Shown here: positions 25,377 through 32,000 of the stretch, in pieces
How positions within the stretch are numbered: position 1 is the first letter of the stretch
How the letters are laid out: each line of letters begins with the position of its first letter
From: an uncultured Erysipelotrichaceae bacterium
Lineage (GTDB): Bacteria; Bacillota_I; Bacilli_A; Erysipelotrichales; Erysipelotrichaceae
Direction: 5' to 3'
NCBI GenBank assembly: GCA_942493105.1
Contig: OW818668.1
Coordinates: forward strand, 30,001 to 62,000
Length of the DNA stretch: 32,000 nt
Translations under genes and position numbers: made by a program
The notes under the pieces: model-generated
Seen by the model: only the letters and a program-made list of their open reading frames with translations
What the model was told of the DNA's origin: nothing
The model's database searches: none

Positions 25377-26776
25377 TATCCGACTGATCCTTCCATTTCC
25401 ATTTTCATCAACTGATTCAGTTCCACTGCATATTCCATTGGTAATTCTCTGGTAAAGGGTTCTAAAAATCCCATGACGATCGTTTCTAGTGCTTGGCTCT
25501 TAGATAGGCCGCGGCTCATCAAATAAAACAATTGTTCTTCAGAGACTTTTGAAACCGTGGCTTCATGTTCAATGGTTGAGGTTGAATGAGATGAGATGTT
25601 GGTGGGTAAAGTATCCGAGCGACTGATGTCATCAAGAATCAAAGTATCACATTCTATTTTACTTCTTGAGTGTAACGCATTGGGCGCATGTCTGACCATG
25701 CCTCTGTAGTTTACAGTTCCCCCATTACGCGCAACAGACTTAGAAATTATGTTGGATGACGTATGCGGTGCCATGTGGATCATTTTTGCCCCAGCATCTT
25801 GGATTTGGTTGATTGAAGATGCGACTGCGATTGAGATCGTCATGCCTTTGGCATAAGGACCCATTAGCCAACATGCAGGATACTTCATGGTGATGTGGGA
25901 TCCGATGTTGCCATCGATCCATTCCATGATCCCATGATCCCAAACTTTGGCTCTCTTGGTGACCAAATTTAAAACATTGGTCGACCAGTTTTGAATCGTA
26001 GAATAACGGCATTTACCATTCTTATGAACAATGATTTCTACAACAGCCGCATGAAGAGAATCTTTTGAATAGGTTGGAGCTGTACAGCCTTCCACATAAT
26101 GGACATCTGCTCCTTCATCGACGATGATCAAGGTTCTTTCAAATTGGCCCATCTGTTCAGAATTGATCCTGAAATAAGATTGTAATGGCTTATCGAGTTT
26201 GACACCTGGTGGAACATAGATAAACGATCCACCGCTCCATACAGCACTGTTTAAAGCTGCAAATTTATTGTCGGTATAAGGCACCACACTGCCAAAGAAT
26301 TTTTTGAAAAGTTCAGGATGATTTCTTAGTCCTGAATCGGTATCGGTAAAGATGACCCCTTTTTCTTCGACTTCGGCCAACATATTATGATAGACCATCT
26401 CAGATTCATATTGAGTCGCGACACCAGATAAGAATTTCTTTTCGGCTTCAGGAATCCCTAAACGATCAAATGTTCTCTTGATTTCATCTGGGACATCTTC
26501 CCATTTGTTTTCCATACGTTCTGATGGTTTGATGTAGTAAGTGTAATCTTGGAAATGGATGCTTTCTAAACTTGGGCCCCATGGTGGCATAGGCTTAGAT
26601 TCAAACATCTCAAAAGCTTTCAATCTGAACTCGGTCATCCATTGAGGTTCATTCTTTATTTTAGAGATTTCTTCAACGATTTCTCTGGAAATGCCTTTTT
26701 TAGTTCTATAGACACTGACATCTTCATCATGAAAACCAAATTGGTATTCAGATGAAGGCAGGTTATTGTTTGTCAT
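25376..26776 (-). CDS. sufB: Fe-S cluster assembly scaffold SufB
   Basis: 466 aa with a highly conserved SufB core ([47 protein letters not shown]). Confidence 0.95.
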   Translation of the reverse strand: MTNNNLPSSEYQFGFHDEDVSVYRTKKGISREIVEEISKIKNEPQWMTEFRLKAFEMFESKPMPPWGPSLESIHFQDYTYYIKPSERMENKWEDVPDEIKRTFDRLGIPEAEKKFLSGVATQYESEMVYHNMLAEVEEKGVIFTDTDSGLRNHPELFKKFFGSVVPYTDNKFAALNSAVWSGGSFIYVPPGVKLDKPLQSYFRINSEQMGQFERTLIIVDEGADVHYVEGCTAPTYSKDSLHAAVVEIIVHKNGKCRYSTIQNWSTNVLNLVTKRAKVWDHGIMEWIDGNIGSHITMKYPACWLMGPYAKGMTISIAVASSINQIQDAGAKMIHMAPHTSSNIISKSVARNGGTVNYRGMVRHAPNALHSRSKIECDTLILDDISRSDTLPTNISSHSTSTIEHEATVSKVSEEQLFYLMSRGLSKSQALETIVMGFLEPFTRELPMEYAVELNQLMKMEMEGSVG

Positions 26777-27215
26777 TTGTTTCTTCTTCCTTGATCATTT
26801 GTTCGATGGCTTTGAAACCAATGGTCGCACATTTGATGCGATTGGCTTGCTTGCCTACATTTTGGAAAGCAACGGCTTCTTGAAGCAGTTCTTCATTTAT
26901 CGATACGAGATTGATCATCTCATAATAACTATGGACGATAACTTTGGCTTCTTCAATGGTTTTGCCTTTAATAAGATCGGTCAAAATGGATGTTGAAGCG
27001 GTTGAGATGGTACATCCTACCCCATCAAAGCAAACATCACTGATGATGCCTTGGTCTATTTTCATCATGACAGTCAAGTCATCGATACAGGATTCAGAGG
27101 CCATATGGGCTTTATGATAGGCCTTATCTTCGCTTAAATGGTGATTACGAGGATGCTGATAATGATCCATGATGATCTCACGATGGATCAAAGGATCTTT
27201 AAGATAGTCGGACAT
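26763..27215 (-). CDS. sufU: Fe-S assembly sulfur-transfer protein SufU (IscU-like)
   Basis: 150 aa with MDHYQHPRN, three conserved Cys ([19 protein letters not shown]) and the Firmicute sufS-sufU-sufB order. Confidence 0.9.
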   Translation of the reverse strand: MSDYLKDPLIHREIIMDHYQHPRNHHLSEDKAYHKAHMASESCIDDLTVMMKIDQGIISDVCFDGVGCTISTASTSILTDLIKGKTIEEAKVIVHSYYEMINLVSINEELLQEAVAFQNVGKQANRIKCATIGFKAIEQMIKEEETNDKQ

Positions 27216-27224
27216 GTGGACCTC

Positions 27225-28457
27225 CTACATGATGGACAGATCGATACACTGTTCCAAAGTAATGGTTCTTAAGGCTTCAACCAAGGCATCGACTTCTTCC
27301 TTGGTGTTATAGAAAGAGACAGATGCTCTTACTGTTTCTGATGTTTTGATGACTTCAACTAAGATTTTGGCACAATGATTTCCAGCTCTGACCATGATCC
27401 CTTTAGAATTCAGATAAACCGCTGTATCTTGAGCAAAGATCCCTTCAACATTAAAGGTAATGATACCGGTTCCCGCATGTTCATTGTATAAAATGACATG
27501 CTTCAATTCTTTTAATTTGCTGACAGCGTAAGTTTTTAGCTCATGTTCATACGCTTCAATATCGTCCATACCTATCTTTTCAAGATATTCTACAGCAGCT
27601 CTTAAACCCAATACAGCTTCAATAGCAGGTGTTCCTGCTTCGAATTTAAAAGGCGGGTTTTTGAGTTGAATGTTGCCGCAAATATCAAAGCGAGCATTAT
27701 TTCCTCCGCCTAACATAAAGGCATCCATTTTCTCAAGAAGTTCGAATTTTCCGAAAAGGACCCCTACTCCTGTTGGGCCCAACATTTTGTGAGCCGAAAA
27801 AGATAAGAAATCGATATCCCAGTCTTTGACATCCGTTTTGATGTGAGGAACAGATTGAGCTCCGTCAACACTGATGATGGCGCCATAATCATGGGTAATT
27901 CTTGTTATTTCTTTGATGGGTTGAACATAACCTAATACGTTAGAGATGTGGGCGATCGAAACCAGTTTGACATCTTTATGCATGGCACTTTTAAATGCTT
28001 CGATCGTCAATTCTCCTTCTTGGGTCAATGGAATATATTCAATGATGGCTCCGGTGATTTCAGCTGCTTTCATCAAAGGCAATATGTTTGAAGCATGTTC
28101 AGCTTCAGAAGATAAGATGACATCGCCTTTCTTAAGAAACTTTTGAGCCCAACCATAGGCAAACAAATTAAGTGAAGCACTGGCTCCTGAAGTAAAGATG
28201 ACTTCTCTTTCTTCGCTGTTTAAAAAACGAGCCACTGCTTTTCTTGCTTTTTCATAGTCTTCTGAGACTTGATATGAAAGATCATAATCTCCGCGATGTA
28301 TATTGACAGATTCATCTGTATAGTAACGCATAACAGCTTCTATGACACTGTAGGGTTTAAACGTCGTCGCTGCATTGTCGAAATATATCTTTCCACTCCC
28401 AGCATCTTGTTTGACACACATTGGAAAATCTTTTCTGATTTCTTTGACATTTAGCAT
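27225..28457 (-). CDS. sufS: Cysteine desulfurase SufS (class II, PLP-dependent)
   Basis: 410 aa with FDNAATT, the PLP lysine in SFSAHKMLGPTG and the catalytic Cys in RAGNHCA. Confidence 0.95.
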   Translation of the reverse strand: MLNVKEIRKDFPMCVKQDAGSGKIYFDNAATTFKPYSVIEAVMRYYTDESVNIHRGDYDLSYQVSEDYEKARKAVARFLNSEEREVIFTSGASASLNLFAYGWAQKFLKKGDVILSSEAEHASNILPLMKAAEITGAIIEYIPLTQEGELTIEAFKSAMHKDVKLVSIAHISNVLGYVQPIKEITRITHDYGAIISVDGAQSVPHIKTDVKDWDIDFLSFSAHKMLGPTGVGVLFGKFELLEKMDAFMLGGGNNARFDICGNIQLKNPPFKFEAGTPAIEAVLGLRAAVEYLEKIGMDDIEAYEHELKTYAVSKLKELKHVILYNEHAGTGIITFNVEGIFAQDTAVYLNSKGIMVRAGNHCAKILVEVIKTSETVRASVSFYNTKEEVDALVEALRTITLEQCIDLSIM

Positions 28458-29221
28458 ATTTCTTCCACCTTTTTATCAATTTGTTCTAGGATCAGGTCTT
28501 TTAAAGACGGCTCAGCAATATTTTCAGTCACTGAACTTAGATATCCCTTGACCATCAAACGTATCGCTTGGGCTTCACTAAGGCCTCTAGATTGAAGATA
28601 ATACAAATGATCATCATCCATCTGTCCTGTACTTTCCGCATGACTGGCTTGAACTTCATTGTTGTCGATGATCAAATAAGGATAAACAGAAGCTTTCTTT
28701 GAACCTTCCAGATTTAATACACGAGTGCTTTGATGCGTTTCACTATAAGCTCCATTGACGGTGATATGACCGATCACATGCAAACTTAAACTGCCATCTT
28801 TGATCATGACCGCATAGTTTTTCATATCCCCGGATGTATGTTGTGCTTTATGTGTAAACTGATATTTTAGTTCCGTATTCTTACTGATCAAGGTAGCACT
28901 GTTGAGCTGTACTTGAGCCCCTTGACCTTCTAAGTTGACCACAACTGATCTGTTGGTTTCACCCTGTGTTAAATCACCATAAGATAAGTTTAAAACAGCA
29001 TCTTGACTTAAGGTATAGATCTCTTGGGTAGTGGATTGATTGGAAGTGTTAAAACAAAACATATCTAAGGTGCTGCCATAAGCAAGATTGACATTTAAAC
29101 TAGCCTTGATTTCATCTTGAAGATCCAAAATCAAACTATACTTGGTGTTTTCTAAAGTATTAAGTTCTATATCTTGAGTCAGGGAAAAACGATTGGGTCC
29201 CTGTTTAAGCAAGACCTCCAT
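28451..29221 (-). CDS. sufD: SufD-like Fe-S assembly protein (short form, 256 aa)
   Basis: Occupies the position between sufC and sufS. The C-terminal ASHAESTGQMDDDHLYYLQSRGLSEAQAIRLMVKGYL parallels the SufB/SufD C-terminal helix motif. The N-terminal half found in canonical SufD is missing. Confidence 0.8.
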   Translation of the reverse strand: MEVLLKQGPNRFSLTQDIELNTLENTKYSLILDLQDEIKASLNVNLAYGSTLDMFCFNTSNQSTTQEIYTLSQDAVLNLSYGDLTQGETNRSVVVNLEGQGAQVQLNSATLISKNTELKYQFTHKAQHTSGDMKNYAVMIKDGSLSLHVIGHITVNGAYSETHQSTRVLNLEGSKKASVYPYLIIDNNEVQASHAESTGQMDDDHLYYLQSRGLSEAQAIRLMVKGYLSSVTENIAEPSLKDLILEQIDKKVEEIC

Positions 29222-30051
29222 TATTCCATGCCTCTTTCTTTAACTGCACAAGTTCCCAGTGAAGTCGCGGTCACAGGTCTAGATTTGATGTCTTTAACGA
29301 TTTGGACCCCATAAGCTTGAGCAATCCAATCATAACCTTCGGTATCAATTCGATTGACCAAGTCTTGATTTCCGCTTAAAACAATCTTACCATCCAAGAT
29401 GACATGAACATGAGTCACAGGAACCAATTGATAGAAGCGTTCATAATGTGAGACGATGATGAGACCTAGTTGTGTTTTCTTGGCTTGATCCAATATGGCT
29501 GTCGCAACGACTTTCATCGCATCGACATCTAGTCCTGAATCGATTTCATCCAACATCGCAATTTTTGGTTCCAGCAAGATCATCTGTAAAATCTCATTGC
29601 GTTTCTTTTCACCGCCAGAAAATCCTTCATTCACATAACGATGAGCCAGATCGCTTTTCATTTGAAGCATATTGACTGCCTTTTCAAGGGTTCTGATGAA
29701 GGTGAAAAGTGGAATTGGACTCGTTCTTCTTGAATTCAGGGCTGCCTTTAAGAAATCTGAATTGGTGACCCCAGCGACTTCCATAGGATACTGCATGCCT
29801 AAAAAAAGACCGATCTTACTACGTTCATTGACAGGCATTTCAATGACATTTTGACCATCAAAGGTGATCTCGCCTTGTGTGATGACATATTTTGGATGGC
29901 CCATGATGGCAGCCAATAAGGTTGATTTACCATTTCCGTTGGGTCCCATCAAGGCATGGATCTCGTTACTGTTGACTTGTAGATCAACTCCTTTTAAGAT
30001 CTCTTTTCCTTCTATTTCGACATGTAGATTCTTTATGTTAAGTGTGCTCAT
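29221..30051 (-). CDS. sufC: Fe-S cluster assembly ATPase SufC
   Basis: ABC ATPase with GPNGNGKST (Walker A), FSGGEKKRNEILQ (signature motif) and MLDEIDSGLD (Walker B). It is the first gene of the suf operon. Confidence 0.95.
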   Translation of the reverse strand: MSTLNIKNLHVEIEGKEILKGVDLQVNSNEIHALMGPNGNGKSTLLAAIMGHPKYVITQGEITFDGQNVIEMPVNERSKIGLFLGMQYPMEVAGVTNSDFLKAALNSRRTSPIPLFTFIRTLEKAVNMLQMKSDLAHRYVNEGFSGGEKKRNEILQMILLEPKIAMLDEIDSGLDVDAMKVVATAILDQAKKTQLGLIIVSHYERFYQLVPVTHVHVILDGKIVLSGNQDLVNRIDTEGYDWIAQAYGVQIVKDIKSRPVTATSLGTCAVKERGME

Positions 30052-30088
30052 AGATCATTCACCATTCTTTCTTTTTACGACTTCTTAA

Positions 30089-30097
30089 AGCATAAAT
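30089..30097 (-). promoter_or_regulatory. Extended -10 box TGTTATAAT of the suf operon promoter
   Basis: Minus strand reads TGTTATAAT (30097..30089). A leader of about 30 nt with a GGTGA SD precedes the sufC ATG. Confidence 0.5.
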
Positions 30098-30146
30098 AAT
30101 TATAACATAATGATTATGGCCAATTGTATCTGACGCACTATATTTC

Positions 30147-30175
30147 TTGCATTATGGTCTGAATCAACTTATAAT
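30147..30175 (+). promoter_or_regulatory. Promoter of the prsA-like genes: TTGCAT - 17 nt - TATAAT
   Basis: TTGCAT at 30147..30152 and TATAAT at 30170..30175, followed by a TAGGAGGA SD (30189..30196) and the ATG at 30203. Confidence 0.75.
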
Positions 30176-30202
30176 AAGTAAGATTCCTTAGGAGGATTTG
30201 AA

Positions 30203-31318
30203 ATGTCAGTAGAAGTTAAAATTTTGATAGGATATGCTGCATTATTCGCTGCCGTATATTTGGTTGTGTTTGCAGTATTGAAGTTTAGTAAAGCTAAAAA
30301 GAAACCTAAAGTTGCTAAAGCCATTGCTTCCAACTGGGGCTTTGCTTTAATAGCGACCGTTTTCGTAGCGATGATTCATATGTTTGCCTACAATATGACC
30401 AAAGATTTGTTTGCTGATCTCTTGCCTTCCAAGCAAGTCGGCGGCAAAGATGTCGTATTTGAAGTCGGCGGAAAAGATGTCACGACCGATGAGTTCTATG
30501 ATGAACTGTATAAATACTATGGTGATTATGCAGTCTACATCAACCTAAAAAGAGCGGTCATCGATGGTTCTGTAGAATCGACCAAAGAGATTACAGATCT
30601 CATAAAAACCACCAAAGCCGATACGATCGCCTATTGGAAACAAATGGCTGAGGCTTATGCTCAATACGGTTATACGTATGAAACCATAGCCAAGTATTAT
30701 TTGAACCAGGCTGATTTTAATTCACTGGATGATCTTGATGCATATATCAATCAAATCGTAAAGACCGATAAAATGAACTTTGCTTATCTCAATGAACATA
30801 TGGATGAATATTTTCCAAAGTTCTTAACAGATAAGAAGCCTCGTATCGTCAGTCATATCTTGATTGCGATGGATGATCCTGCCAAACCTACAGCTGATGA
30901 AACTGCTCGTTTACAGGCTGTTAAAGATGCCTTGGCTGGCGGCATGAGTTTTACGGATGCTGTTAAAGAATTCTCTGAAGACTCACAAACCAACCAAAAA
31001 GGCGGTTTGCTTGGATACATGGATAAAGATACCGAGTATCAAGCTAAGTTCCTAGAAGCTGCTTTAGCCCTTACAGAAGGCCAAACCAGCGCTTGGATCA
31101 CCACGACTTATGGTTATCATCTGATCAAGATGGAAGTTTCATCTTTAGAAGAATTGAAGAAAAATGATCAATTCTATTATGCGATCTTAAATGCAAATTC
31201 AAAGTTATCAACCAAGATCTTATGGGAAAATGCTCAAGCATTAAACATCAATTTCCATGGTAACACTGAACTTGAAGCCGCCATCAAGAAATTCCTTGGC
31301 GTAGAAGCACAGGACTAA
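30203..31318 (+). CDS. PrsA-like parvulin-type peptidyl-prolyl isomerase with an N-terminal 2-TM anchor
   Basis: Parvulin domain RIVSHILIAMDD...FSEDSQTNQKGGLLGYM...TTYGYHLIKME. Two N-terminal hydrophobic helices are separated by a Lys-rich loop. No lipobox is present. Confidence 0.8.
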   Translation: MSVEVKILIGYAALFAAVYLVVFAVLKFSKAKKKPKVAKAIASNWGFALIATVFVAMIHMFAYNMTKDLFADLLPSKQVGGKDVVFEVGGKDVTTDEFYDELYKYYGDYAVYINLKRAVIDGSVESTKEITDLIKTTKADTIAYWKQMAEAYAQYGYTYETIAKYYLNQADFNSLDDLDAYINQIVKTDKMNFAYLNEHMDEYFPKFLTDKKPRIVSHILIAMDDPAKPTADETARLQAVKDALAGGMSFTDAVKEFSEDSQTNQKGGLLGYMDKDTEYQAKFLEAALALTEGQTSAWITTTYGYHLIKMEVSSLEELKKNDQFYYAILNANSKLSTKILWENAQALNINFHGNTELEAAIKKFLGVEAQD

Positions 31319-31321
31319 AAC

Positions 31322-32000
31322 ATGAAAAAATTACTTGTACTTGCATTAGCTGTATTCTTGCTAGGAGGCTGTTTTGATAAGACCACCAGCATCAGCGATA
31401 AGAAAACTGTATTGATCACCTTAGACAATGCAACCATCACCAAAGGCGATGTGTATAATGTCATGGGTAAAGTTGAACCTTACCCTGCTGTTGTCGCACT
31501 AACTTTATCCAAGAAAATGATCTTAGCGAAAGAAGTTGGTTTGACTGCAGAAGTTAAAACAGCTGCTGATGCTGAATTAGCTGCCTTCTTAGAGAAAAAC
31601 AAAGCAGATCTTGAAAAAGGCTTAAAAGATGCAGGATTCAAAACCCAACAAGAACTGTATGATGAAAAACTCATCGTCGAAGCACAATCTGATATCTTAG
31701 TTTCCAAGTATCTGGATACGACCTATGCAACCATCGTTTCAACCTATAAACCGATGAAAGCCAGAGTCATGGAAATTGAGAAGAAGGCTGACGCAACGGC
31801 TGCCTTAGCTGCCATAAAAGCAGGAGACTCGTTTGTAACTGTGGCTGATAAATATGGCAATGATGAATATACCAGCGACTTAAAAATCTACTATACCGGT
31901 TCTGATCTACCTGAGTTGGTTCTTACCTTCTTAAAAGGTCAAACCTTACCAACCTTATCCACCGTCATCGAAGATGCAACCAATGAACTTTACTACATTG
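31322..32000 (+). CDS. PrsA-like foldase lipoprotein (5' part; runs off window end)
   Basis: Absent from the ORF track because no stop occurs in the window. Translation reads MKKLLVLALAVFLLGGCFDKTT... (signal peptide plus LGGC lipobox), then a SurA-N/PrsA-like region, and the start of a parvulin domain (KARVMEIEKKADATAALAAIKAGDSFVTVADKYGND). Confidence 0.8.
   Translation, partial: MKKLLVLALAVFLLGGCFDKTTSISDKKTVLITLDNATITKGDVYNVMGKVEPYPAVVALTLSKKMILAKEVGLTAEVKTAADAELAAFLEKNKADLEKGLKDAGFKTQQELYDEKLIVEAQSDILVSKYLDTTYATIVSTYKPMKARVMEIEKKADATAALAAIKAGDSFVTVADKYGNDEYTSDLKIYYTGSDLPELVLTFLKGQTLPTLSTVIEDATNELYYI

Overview
AT-rich, low-GC Bacillota-type chromosome segment (standard code; TGA is used as a stop in hrcA, coaD, the SEDS gene and ytqA). 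It is almost entirely core housekeeping. Left to right: gmk (partial) <> rqcH; a GT4 glycolipid-type glycosyltransferase convergent with a minus-strand run of hrcA-grpE-dnaK-dnaJ, clpB, a flippase-like membrane protein and a YgjP-like metallopeptidase; SEDS(ftsW/rodA)-rsmD-coaD; def-rnj; a LiaF-like membrane protein <> a metallophosphoesterase; leuS behind a Leu T-box; ytqA-ytqB(mnmM); a Nudix hydrolase; sufCDSUB with a translationally coupled 5-formyl-THF cyclo-ligase; and two tandem PrsA-like foldases (the second runs off the window). I saw no rRNA, tRNA, CRISPR array, transposase or integrase. I did not find a convincing multi-gene novel system. The most unusual item is a duplicated leuS 3' end plus terminator: ~88-nt direct repeats bracket a 907-bp insert carrying a single orphan 4-TM protein gene, which looks like an integration scar without a recombinase. 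The second notable pattern is window-wide. Seven first-in-operon genes have no Shine-Dalgarno sequence and carry a (mostly TG-extended) -10 box 4-12 nt upstream of the ATG, suggesting leaderless mRNAs, whereas internal genes have strong SDs. Other points are dual CIRCE operators sandwiching the hrcA promoter and a strong terminator lying directly against the clpB RBS. All coordinates and identity counts were made by eye from the sequence, with no database searches.
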